DNA of 13,939 nucleotides from contig JBDZWC010000082.1 of the NCBI GenBank assembly GCA_040256005.1, forward strand, positions 1 through 13,939, given 5' to 3'. The position numbers were made by a program, and so were the translations under genes. Source of the stretch: Deinococcaceae bacterium (lineage in GTDB: Bacteria > Deinococcota > Deinococci > Deinococcales > Trueperaceae). The stretch's first letter is position 1, and each line of letters begins with the position of its first letter. The notes beneath the pieces are model-generated. The model had not been told where the DNA came from, did no database searches, and saw nothing but the letters and a program-made list of their open reading frames with translations. Positions 1 through 7,846 of this stretch are shown piece by piece.

Positions 1-2
1 GT

Positions 3-1943
3 CCGAACCTGGACGTCATCGTCACCTCCCGCGTATCGCTGGGTCTGAGCGAGGAACACGTCGTGCCTGTCGGCGGCCTCGCAGTGGACGGACCAACCGG
101 CGAGAGCGAGGCGCTGCAGCTGCTCTTCGCCCGCATGCGGCAACACGGCACCCTCGGACACGTCACAGCGGACGATGAGCTGGCGGCGCACGACCTCTGT
201 CAGGCGGTGGACGGCAGCCCTTTGGCCCTCGAGCTCGCGGCCGCGCAGACGCGACTCCTACCGTTGAGCGACCTGTTGGCCGAGCTCAGCAACGGCATGA
301 CCGTCCTGGTTAACCGGGATCCCACGGCACCGGAACGCCAGAAGAGCATGCGGGCGGCTCTGGGCATCTCGTGGCGCCTTCTGTCCGAGAGCGACAGGTC
401 CGCGCTGGCCAAGCTGTCAGTCTTCCGCGGTGGCTTCACCCGACGGGATTGTCTCGCGGTCGCCGGGGTGGACTCCGGCGCGTTGCAGCGCCTGCTGGAC
501 GCGTCGTTCCTGCGCCAGCGGCCGACCGGCCGCTACGAGCGTCACCCCATCGTCAGGCAGTTCTCTATGGACCGTCTGGCGGAGGACCCGGCGCTGGAGA
601 GGGACCTCATGCGCCGTCACGCCGAGCACTACCTCGGCAGCCTCGCCGCGCGGGACCACGAGATCCTCAGCGGCGAGACCGCGCTCAAACTCTCCGCCTG
701 GATAGAGCAGGAGTTCCCGAACCTGGAAGCCGCGCTCAACTGGTGCGTGACCGGCGGCCACCTCAGCGGGTTCGAAGGCGTGGCGCTCCCGTTGGCACAC
801 TTCGCCGAGCTGCGCGGGAGGTTCCAGGACGTCGCCAGACTCTTGGAGTCGGGTGTCACCGCCGCCGACCTCAGCGGTCCACAGGGTGCCACTCGCAGCC
901 TCCCCAACACGCTCGGCGCTTTGCCCTTCACGTACTTCAGGCTGGGTCGGTACCGAGACTCGATCGAGACCGGACATCGAGCACTCGAGGGCGCAGAGGC
1001 GTTGGATCCGGTCGCAGCGGATTGGCTGGTGTGGGCGGCTCGTCAAGGGATGGCGCTATCCAACGCCGTCCTTGGAGACCTGGGGGAGGCGAGGCGTCTG
1101 GCGTCTGCGGACGTGGACGAGAGGCCCGTGCGACAACAGGACGAGGATGCCAGCGCGAGGCGGCGCTGCATCACCGACGTCACGGTGGGGACCTCACTCC
1201 AGACCGTGGCCTACCTGGACGTAGTCGTCGGCGACTTCGAATCCGCGTTGCAGCGCCTCCACCGAGCGCTGGAGCTGTTCGAGCCCTTCAAGGCGCCCAA
1301 CTTGGGCTACGTCCATTGGACGCTGGCCGAGGCCTACCTAGGTCTTGGAGACATCGAGGAAGCCCGGGGAACGCTCGATCGTGGGCTGGAGATCGCGCAT
1401 GAGACGGGGTTCCGCAACCAAGTAGGGCACTTGCTGTGCGATCTGGTGCTGGTGCACCTGGAGGCTTCGGATGTCCGCAAGGCTGAAGCGCTGGCCAAGC
1501 AGGCCCTCGAGGCTGCTGTGGTGAGCGGCGACAAATGGCTGGAGGCGACCGTGCGGTCGCGCTGGGGCTGGTCTGCGCTCCGGGGCGGAGACCTCCCTGC
1601 GGCCCGCGAGCGCTGGCAGGTTGCTCTGGAGGTCGCCGGGGCGGCCAACGCGTTCGGCTTCGCGCTGGAGGCGGTGCTGGGGATGGCAGAGCTGTTGAGG
1701 CTTCAGGACCGGGTTGAGGATGGCGCCCGTTTGGTGGCGTTCGTGGAGCAGTGTCCGCTCGCTCCCGCTGCTCTGTCTTCGCAGGCCGGTCGCACGCTCG
1801 AGTCCTCGGACTGGCCGCTCGAGCCAGGGGTCTTGGCCAGCCTCCGCCGCTCGTCCGCCGCTCTTGCGCCGCCTGAGGCGTTCGTACTGGCGGCTCAGGC
1901 GCCCCTCGTTCCGCCCAGCTCCGCGCCCGCTCGTACCAAGTAA
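3..1943 (+). CDS. 5'-truncated AfsR/SARP-type (NB-ARC-like) ATP-binding protein with C-terminal TPR repeats, probably a regulator
   Basis: The frame of ORF 63..1943 is open back to base 3 (PNLDVIVTSRVSLGLSEEHVVPVGGL), so the true start lies upstream of the window. Family motifs: VTSR, 'LCQAVDGSPLALELAAA' (GxPLALELAA), 'PERQKSMRAALGISWRLL', 'LSVFRGGFT', 'RYERHPIVRQF', 'EFPNLEAALNW', followed by Ala/Leu-rich TPR-like helices. Walker A and any DNA-binding domain are outside the window. Confidence 0.88.
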   Translation, partial: PNLDVIVTSRVSLGLSEEHVVPVGGLAVDGPTGESEALQLLFARMRQHGTLGHVTADDELAAHDLCQAVDGSPLALELAAAQTRLLPLSDLLAELSNGMTVLVNRDPTAPERQKSMRAALGISWRLLSESDRSALAKLSVFRGGFTRRDCLAVAGVDSGALQRLLDASFLRQRPTGRYERHPIVRQFSMDRLAEDPALERDLMRRHAEHYLGSLAARDHEILSGETALKLSAWIEQEFPNLEAALNWCVTGGHLSGFEGVALPLAHFAELRGRFQDVARLLESGVTAADLSGPQGATRSLPNTLGALPFTYFRLGRYRDSIETGHRALEGAEALDPVAADWLVWAARQGMALSNAVLGDLGEARRLASADVDERPVRQQDEDASARRRCITDVTVGTSLQTVAYLDVVVGDFESALQRLHRALELFEPFKAPNLGYVHWTLAEAYLGLGDIEEARGTLDRGLEIAHETGFRNQVGHLLCDLVLVHLEASDVRKAEALAKQALEAAVVSGDKWLEATVRSRWGWSALRGGDLPAARERWQVALEVAGAANAFGFALEAVLGMAELLRLQDRVEDGARLVAFVEQCPLAPAALSSQAGRTLESSDWPLEPGVLASLRRSSAALAPPEAFVLAAQAPLVPPSSAPARTK

Positions 1944-2482
1944 CGCGCCCCGGCTGGCTCCAGCCGGCTTTCGTACAGGACGACCTCGGTAGCTCGCCAG
2001 CCGCCGAAGCTTTGCGTTCTGTCCAGTCCGTCGGGCAGAGGCCTAAGGCTGCGGGATCTCGCGAGCGTGATGTGAGGATGGTAGGCCCGGTCGTCCACCA
2101 CGAACCCCTCTTCGCGGAGCGCCGCCGCCAAGGCGCTTCGAAGCTCTCGCAGCGCTCGGAGCTCGCCCGTGACACCGGCCCACAGCACTCGGGCGCGATC
2201 CTGGTTCGGGAACGCTCCGATGCCCGTAGCTGCCAGGTCCAGCGCCGGCATCCCCGCGCAGCCGCGTCGCAGAGCGCTTTCCGCGGCGCCTACCTGGCCG
2301 TCCGCGACCTCGCCAAGGAAGGCCAGCGTTAGGTGCATCGACTCTGGACTCACCCACCGCCAACCCACGAGATCGTGCGGGGCGCTCGACCCCGTAGTGG
2401 CGCTCGCGTGGGCTGACCGCACACGGGCCAGTTCCTGAACCACGTCTCGGCCGATGGGCAGCGCGACGAACAACCGCGGCAT
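1895..2482 (-). CDS. thpR: RNA 2',3'-cyclic phosphodiesterase (2H phosphoesterase, LigT/ThpR)
   Basis: N-terminal MPRLFVAL, 'RWV..ESMHLTLAFLGEV', 'GAFP....RVLWAGV', 'YHPHITLAR' (two HxT motifs) and C-terminal 'LYESRL.P.GARY'. Confidence 0.95.
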   Translation of the reverse strand: MPRLFVALPIGRDVVQELARVRSAHASATTGSSAPHDLVGWRWVSPESMHLTLAFLGEVADGQVGAAESALRRGCAGMPALDLAATGIGAFPNQDRARVLWAGVTGELRALRELRSALAAALREEGFVVDDRAYHPHITLARSRSLRPLPDGLDRTQSFGGWRATEVVLYESRLEPAGARYLVRAGAELGGTRGA

Positions 2483-2525
2483 ATGGACGGATTATCGGAC
2501 GGCGGTAGACTACCGCTCCAGGATC

Positions 2526-3140
2526 ATGTTCGAACCCGGGTCTTTCGCGGTCTTCTTCGCCTCGGCGCTGGTGCTGGCCATCGTACCGGGTCCCGGGATG
2601 CTCTACGTCCTGGCCCGTACCTTGCGTGGCGGCCGTCGCGAAGGGCTGCTCTCCACGGGTGGCACGGCGCTTGCTGGAGCGGTCCACACGTTGGCAGCCG
2701 CTCTCGGGATCTCGGTGGTGCTCGCCACCAGCGCCCTCGCTTTCTCCGTCGTCAAGTGGGCCGGGGCCGTATACCTCGTGTACCTGGGCGTGCGCACGAT
2801 CCTTGAACGCGGTGATCCCCACGAGGTAGCGGAAGACCCGGCTGCGAAGGGCGCGCTAAGGCAAGGTCTTCTGACGGAGGTCCTGAACCCCAAGACGGCT
2901 CTGTACTTCCCCGCCTTCATCCCACAGTTCATCGATCGGGGCGGGAACGTGTTCGTGCAGTTCGTGGTCCTGGGCTTCATCACGACCTTGCTCACCAGCG
3001 GAGCCGACCTCGTGGTGACGTTGGCCGCCGGGCCGCTGAGCGGAGCGTTGAGACGCAGCCCCCGTCTCCGGCGCGCCCAGAAGGTCGTTTCGGGTGGGAC
3101 GCTGTTGGTGCTCGGAGCGTACGTCGCCCTGAGGGACTGA
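2526..3140 (+). CDS. LysE/RhtB family amino-acid efflux translocator
   Basis: 'LAIVPGPGMLYVLARTL.GGRREG', 'FSVVKWAGAVYLVYLG', 'QGLLTEVLNPK' and several hydrophobic helices. Start placed at ATG 2526 rather than 2454, which would overlap the divergent thpR. Confidence 0.93.
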   Translation: MFEPGSFAVFFASALVLAIVPGPGMLYVLARTLRGGRREGLLSTGGTALAGAVHTLAAALGISVVLATSALAFSVVKWAGAVYLVYLGVRTILERGDPHEVAEDPAAKGALRQGLLTEVLNPKTALYFPAFIPQFIDRGGNVFVQFVVLGFITTLLTSGADLVVTLAAGPLSGALRRSPRLRRAQKVVSGGTLLVLGAYVALRD

Positions 3141-3187
3141 CCACCGCGCGATACGTGGGTCTTTAGGCATAGCCCGCACCATGTCGC

Positions 3188-4018
3188 ATGTCATCCCCCT
3201 CGGCTAGCTCAACGCGAACCACCTGGACGGTGGCCGCGATCGTCGCGTACCTGGCGATGGTCACCATGAACGCTCTGGCCAACCTTCTGCCCCTCTTCGG
3301 GCGAGCGACCGGAGACGTGTCCGACTCCTACCCGAGCCTGTTCACGCCTGCTCCGTTCACCTTCGGCGTGTGGGGTGTCATCTACCTGGCTCTGGCGGCG
3401 TTCGTGATCTACCAGGCGACGCCGGCCGGCCAGGCGGAACCGCGGCTACGGGCCGTGCGGCCCCTGTTCGTGTTGAGCTGCCTACTCAACGTGGGCTGGC
3501 TGTTGGCCTGGCACGGCCTGCAGATCCCCGTCAGCGAGGTCGTGATGGTTGCCTTGTTGCTCACGCTGATCGCCATCTACCGGGCCGTGGGCGTTCGGCC
3601 AGAGCAGGGCCGTGACGCGGGCGCTCAAGCGGGGGAGGATAACGCAGCGTTCGCTTGGCTCGTGCGCTTGCCCTTCAGCCTCTACCTGGGTTGGATCTCG
3701 GTGGCCACGATCGCGAACACGAGCATCTTCCTGTTGGACTTGGGATTCGACGGCGGCTCGGCGGAGATCGCCCTGACGGTCCTCGTCATCGTCGTGGCGG
3801 CCGCGCTCGGGCTGGTTGGGGTGGCGCGCCGCAGGGACGCCTTCTACGCGTTGGTCATCGCTTGGGGACTGACGGGTGTGGCCGCGGCTCGCGCGGGCGA
3901 CAACACGCTGCTTCTCGCCGTCGCAGCTGCCGGGGCGGTCGTCCTGCTGGCCGCCGCCGTGTGGGCGCTGGTCGACAGGTCTAGGGGGCGGTCAACGGTA
4001 GAGCGCGCGACCGCCTGA
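3188..4018 (+). CDS. TspO/MBR-like tryptophan-rich sensory membrane protein (long form)
   Basis: About 8 hydrophobic segments; 'NALAN.LP..G..TG.VSD.YP.LFTPA..TF.VWG.IY', 'LN.GWL..W' and 'PFSLYLGWISVATIAN' are typical of this family. Confidence 0.82.
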   Translation: MSSPSASSTRTTWTVAAIVAYLAMVTMNALANLLPLFGRATGDVSDSYPSLFTPAPFTFGVWGVIYLALAAFVIYQATPAGQAEPRLRAVRPLFVLSCLLNVGWLLAWHGLQIPVSEVVMVALLLTLIAIYRAVGVRPEQGRDAGAQAGEDNAAFAWLVRLPFSLYLGWISVATIANTSIFLLDLGFDGGSAEIALTVLVIVVAAALGLVGVARRRDAFYALVIAWGLTGVAAARAGDNTLLLAVAAAGAVVLLAAAVWALVDRSRGRSTVERATA

Positions 4019-4032
4019 TCGGTCGGAGCCGT

Positions 4033-4078
4033 TTCACCTTCCGGTGTTTCACCTAACAGTGAATCACCAACTGGTGAA
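4033..4078. promoter_or_regulatory. Three tandem palindromic operator-like boxes, consensus TTCACC-N4-GGTGAA, 15-bp period
   Basis: 4033-4048 TTCACC-TTCC-GGTGTT; 4048-4063 TTCACC-TAAC-AGTGAA; 4063-4078 ATCACC-AACT-GGTGAA. TCACC begins at 4034, 4049 and 4064. The array is followed by a -10-like CATGAT (4080-4085) and the ATPase start. The repeat is directly seen; operator function is inferred. Confidence 0.75.
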
Positions 4079-4093
4079 GCATGATCGGTGCGT

Positions 4094-5257
4094 ATGCCGA
4101 CGCCGGCCGACAACCCTTTCCTGATAGGCGAGCACGTATCGGGCTACCACTTCGCCGATCGCGAGGACGAGGTCGCCCGTATTCGCCGGGCCATGCTGTC
4201 GGCCTCGTCGTTGCTCGTCTATGGCCCGCGGCGCATGGGGAAGAGCTCGACCATAAACAACGCGGCCGACTCGGCACGCAACTCCCGCCCCAAGCCCATC
4301 GTCGTTTCGGTGGACGTCGCCACGGCCACGAACCTCTACGACGTCTCCGCGCGACTGCTGCGCTCGCTCTTCCAGGAGACGCGTTGGCTGAAGCTCAGGA
4401 TCGAGGACGTGTTGGGCGGCCTGGCCCCGCGCGTGACCGTCAAGCTCGATGAGCACGGCGGGCCCCCTTCGTTCACGTTCGGCATCGACCGTCGGACCGC
4501 GGGCGAGGAGGAGCGCCGGCGCGCGTTCGAGAACGTCTTCGACCGCCTGAGCCACATCCGCGAGACCAGCGGCCGGCCGGTTGCCGTCGTGCTGGACGAG
4601 TTCCAGGCCGTGCGCGCGTTCGCGGGCGAGAGCTCGGAGTGGCACCTGCGCGACGTCATCCAGCGGCATGGCGACCTGGCCTTCGTCTGTGCCGGCTCAC
4701 AGGAGTCGCTGATCCACGACATGATCGGGCCCAAGCGGGCCTTCTACAAGATGTTCGAGATGCTGCATCTGGGGCCGATCGCTTCGGAGGTCTTCTCAGC
4801 TTGGCTCGAAGAGAGGCTCGCGAGGGGCAGCGGTGTAAGTCCCGGCGTGGGGATGGAGCTTTTGCGCCTGGCCGGCCCGCGCACTCAGGACGTCGTCCAG
4901 GTGGCGCGCCAGCTGTACTTCAAGGGGCTGGCCGCGAAGCGAGAGGTCGAGGTCGCCGACGTCCAGGTCTCCTTCGACGAGGTCGTTCGCAGCGAGGAGC
5001 CCCTGCTGCGTAGCATCTGGAACGACCTCTCGGCCCAGCAGCAGGACGTGCTGCGCGTGGTGGCGCTGGGCGTGGAGCAGCTCTACTCCGCAGAGGTCAG
5101 GGACCAGTACGGCCTGCCCGGGGCGTCGTCCGTGCACAAGGCCGTCGAGGCGTTGAGCGGTCGCGGGCTCCTCCTGCGAGGAGACGACAAGGTCGCGTTC
5201 GACAGCCCGTTCTTCCTCCGGTGGGTGCGGACCAAGGTGGCGTCCGACCTGGGTTGA
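4094..5257 (+). CDS. AAA+/STAND-like P-loop ATPase ('archaeal ATPase' ATPase_2-like) with C-terminal winged-helix domain
   Basis: 'NPF.IG..V....F.DRE.E' N-terminus, Walker A GPRRMGKS (4223-4246), Walker B VAVVLDEFQ, sensor-1-like FVCAGS, 'RAFY', and a wHTH-like C-terminus 'LSAQQQDVL...GL..ASSVHKAVEAL..RGLL...FDSPFFLRW'. Start is ATG 4094 or GTG 4088. Confidence 0.9.
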   Translation: MPTPADNPFLIGEHVSGYHFADREDEVARIRRAMLSASSLLVYGPRRMGKSSTINNAADSARNSRPKPIVVSVDVATATNLYDVSARLLRSLFQETRWLKLRIEDVLGGLAPRVTVKLDEHGGPPSFTFGIDRRTAGEEERRRAFENVFDRLSHIRETSGRPVAVVLDEFQAVRAFAGESSEWHLRDVIQRHGDLAFVCAGSQESLIHDMIGPKRAFYKMFEMLHLGPIASEVFSAWLEERLARGSGVSPGVGMELLRLAGPRTQDVVQVARQLYFKGLAAKREVEVADVQVSFDEVVRSEEPLLRSIWNDLSAQQQDVLRVVALGVEQLYSAEVRDQYGLPGASSVHKAVEALSGRGLLLRGDDKVAFDSPFFLRWVRTKVASDLG

Positions 5258-5387
5258 CCGCGGCGCCTCGCGGCGGGCAGGAGGGCGATAGGGACCACTT
5301 GCGGTGTCGATCTGTCCCACCGCGGTCGCGAAACAGTACCCAGACGGGGCGAACATGAGCACACCGCTTTCGCGGGTAGGAGGACTG

Positions 5388-5855
5388 GTGGCACGAAGGA
5401 TGGACTACGGCAAGGTGGGCAAAGAGGGCGTCTCTGCCCTCAGCAAGGTGGAGTCGTACGTCAGGCACAGCGGGTTGGAGCGCTCGCTCGTCGAGCTGGT
5501 CAAGACGCGCGCGTCGCAGATCAACGGCTGCGGCTACTGCCTGGACATGCACACGAAGGACGCCCGGGCGGCCGGCGAGACCGAGCAGCGGCTGTACGTG
5601 CTCTCCGCCTGGCGGGAAGCGCCCTTCTACACCGAGCGAGAACGAGCGGCCCTCGAGTGGACCGAAGCCATCACGCTCATCTCCCAGAACGACGTACCCG
5701 ATGAACTGTACGAGCGTGTCAGGCAGCACTTCGACGACAAGGAGCTGGTCGACCTCACGCTCGCCGTCACGACCATAAACACCTGGAACCGGTTGGCGAT
5801 CGCCTTCAGAACTGAGGTGGGCAGCTACCAGGTGCGCACGCCGACGACGTCCTAG
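5388..5855 (+). CDS. Carboxymuconolactone decarboxylase / AhpD-like family protein
   Basis: 'LVELVKTRASQINGCGYCLDMH' (CxxC..H), 'GETEQRLY.L.AWRE...YTERERAALEWTE', 'INTWNRL'. Start placed at GTG 5388 behind SD AGGAGG (5378-5383); ATG 5400 is an alternative. Confidence 0.93.
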   Translation: MARRMDYGKVGKEGVSALSKVESYVRHSGLERSLVELVKTRASQINGCGYCLDMHTKDARAAGETEQRLYVLSAWREAPFYTERERAALEWTEAITLISQNDVPDELYERVRQHFDDKELVDLTLAVTTINTWNRLAIAFRTEVGSYQVRTPTTS

Positions 5856-6520
5856 CCGCTCCGCGCCACCATCTCTCGGATCCAGATGGGTGCGAAGGGA
5901 GAGGTGCAACCCTTGGGTGTGGGGTAGTCGCGGTAGACGCCCAGTGACTCGCCGATGGCCAGGGCCCTGTCCCGGTGCTCGGGGAAGCGGATGCCGATGG
6001 CGGCCAAGGTGTTGTTCATCGTCCACTGCGGCTGTGGGGCGGCGCCCGTCATCTCGACCTCGATGCGGTCCAGGAGGGCCGACATGTCGAGCCCCTCCGG
6101 ACTCTTGCCCACGCGCTCGGCCGTCAGGCTCCAGTAGGCCCGGGCGGCCCACGGGTCAGCGTCGTTCTCCCACCGCTGGCGGAGGTCCTCCTTGTCGGGG
6201 TGGTGCCTGAGCACGTTGGAGTCGAGCCAATCGAACACTTGAACGCACCCTGCTGACCGGACCATCTCGTCGACCTGGTCAGCGGTGAGCAGCTTGGGCT
6301 TCAGCACCAGGAGTCCGAGGAGGCGGGCGTCGATGATGCCCGTGTCCCATAGCTGCAGCCCCAGCTCGTGGTCCGTCCGGATCTCCTTGGCGACCTTGCG
6401 GATGTTGCCCATCAACACGCCGAACTGAGGAAGGTCACCCGCTCCGCGCTTGACGTTCTGAGCGCGCACCTTAGCGTCGCCGAGGGCTTCCAGTCTGGCG
6501 AGTGCTGCGGTGACGTTCAC
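5852..6520 (-). CDS. DNA alkylation repair protein (AlkD-like HEAT-repeat family)
   Basis: 'QFGV.MG.IRK.AK.I..DHEL...LW.TG..DARLL', 'QWTMN.TLA.IGI.FPEHR.RA..IGE.LG.YRDYP..KGCTSPFAPIWI.EMV.R' match this family. Confidence 0.88.
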   Translation of the reverse strand: MNVTAALARLEALGDAKVRAQNVKRGAGDLPQFGVLMGNIRKVAKEIRTDHELGLQLWDTGIIDARLLGLLVLKPKLLTADQVDEMVRSAGCVQVFDWLDSNVLRHHPDKEDLRQRWENDADPWAARAYWSLTAERVGKSPEGLDMSALLDRIEVEMTGAAPQPQWTMNNTLAAIGIRFPEHRDRALAIGESLGVYRDYPTPKGCTSPFAPIWIREMVARSG

Positions 6521-7020
6521 GGCTCGATGATGCCACCTGGCGTGCCGCCGGCGCGGGAGTCAGGTAGTGGTGGTGGGAGCGGAACGCGCTCGTCGCCGGT
6601 CATGATGTAGCCGGTGGCCGCCACATCGACGTCCTCCCCGTACATCACCGGCGCGCCATCCGGCCGGGACGCGGCGAGCGCACTGGCGAACCACTGCTTG
6701 TAGTTCGGGTCCGGGCCCTTGCCGGCGGCCGCCACGTCAGGGAAGCGCTCCAGGAACATGTCCGCCAAGCCGGTTCCGCCCAGCTCCTCCGCTCCATCCC
6801 AACCGAACGGAGCATCGTCGCCGCGGGTGGTGCCGAAGGCCGCTCCCGGGTAGCGGCCGTCCCTGAGCAGGTAACCGTTCGCCTCGAACTGGTCAGCGGG
6901 CGCGACGCTGTAGCGCCAGTTGAGACCCGTGGGGCTGATGCCGGACGCAAGGCGCAGCCGTTCGTAGCCCAACTCGTGTAGTTGGGCGAGCATCTCCATC
7001 ACGGCTACCGGCGTGAACAT
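6517..7020 (-). CDS. Hypothetical protein (~167 aa) overlapping the start of the AlkD-like gene
   Basis: Globular-looking sequence ('LHELGYERLRL.SG.SPTG.NWR', 'PFGW', 'LA..FLERFP.VA..G.G.D..Y..W') with genome-like codon usage that fills the gap between two real genes. ATG 7020 is preferred over TTG 7029 because the -10-like TATCCT occupies 7034-7029. Confidence 0.78.
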   Translation of the reverse strand: MFTPVAVMEMLAQLHELGYERLRLASGISPTGLNWRYSVAPADQFEANGYLLRDGRYPGAAFGTTRGDDAPFGWDGAEELGGTGLADMFLERFPDVAAAGKGPDPNYKQWFASALAASRPDGAPVMYGEDVDVAATGYIMTGDERVPLPPPLPDSRAGGTPGGIIEP

Positions 7021-7118
7021 CTCACCCAAGGATAGTCATAGCTGGCCGGGCGCCGCTGCGACGCCAACCTGGCCGGTGTGGCGGGGAGCGCGAACCCGGA
7101 TATACCATCTCGCCTAGC

Positions 7119-7736
7119 GTGACTCGACTTCTGTTGGTGCGCCACGGCGAGACCGCTTGGAACAAGGAACGCCGCCTGCAGGGACAGGGGAACGTTCCGC
7201 TGTCGCCGCATGGGGTGGAGCAGGTCAAGGCGTTGGTGCCCGTGGTGCGGCCGTACGCCCCCGCCACCGTCACCGCTTCCGACCTCGAGCGTGCCCGGCA
7301 GACCGCGGAAGTGTTGGGTTACGGCGACTGCACGCTGGACGAGAGGTTGCGGGAGACCGACCTGGGCGTCTGGACCGGTCTCACGATCGAGGAGCTGACG
7401 GCGATGCGATCCGCCGACTACCACGCATGGCGAGCCGGCACGTTCCTCCCGGAGGGCGCCGAGTCTTCCGAGATGCTCACGGAGAGAGTGCGGCCGGCCA
7501 TCGAAGAACTGGTCGGGGCACCCGGCCCTGTTCTGGTGATCGCCCACGGCGGCGTCGTTCGTGCCGCCCTGGAGATCCTGCTGGAGTTGGACATGGAGAA
7601 ACTCGTGCCGGTGAGCGCGGGGAGCCTCACGGTGGTGGACGTCCCGGAGGGCTGGCCCGACCACGAAGGCGCCATCGCAAAACTGCACAGTTACAACCTG
7701 ACCGGCTATTCGGGCATGGGACCCGTCCCTGACTGA
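7119..7736 (+). CDS. Histidine phosphatase (phosphoglycerate mutase-like) family protein
   Basis: 'LLLVRHGETAWN...RLQG', 'SDLERARQTA', 'LRETDLG.W.G', 'VLVIAHGGV'. Substrate cannot be assigned from sequence. Confidence 0.94.
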   Translation: MTRLLLVRHGETAWNKERRLQGQGNVPLSPHGVEQVKALVPVVRPYAPATVTASDLERARQTAEVLGYGDCTLDERLRETDLGVWTGLTIEELTAMRSADYHAWRAGTFLPEGAESSEMLTERVRPAIEELVGAPGPVLVIAHGGVVRAALEILLELDMEKLVPVSAGSLTVVDVPEGWPDHEGAIAKLHSYNLTGYSGMGPVPD

Positions 7737-7846
7737 TCTCCGGGCCAGGTGAGGGCGACCTAGAGCCAGGCGCGGGCGTCACCGGGTAGCCACCCACCTT
7801 TCGACAGTGCAATATGGGTCGTCGCAAGTCCGCCTGGAGGTGAGTG

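Noticed and set aside
4033..4078. The 15-bp-period repeat as a mini-CRISPR or a terminator
   Set aside because: Units are too short, there are no spacers of CRISPR length and no cas genes. The stems are short and weak with no U-tract, so an operator array fits better.
5313..5339. TGTCCCA resembling the ECF41 -35 element (TGTCACA) often found before CMD genes
   Set aside because: One mismatch, no CGTC -10 at the 16-bp spacing, and no ECF sigma gene in the window.
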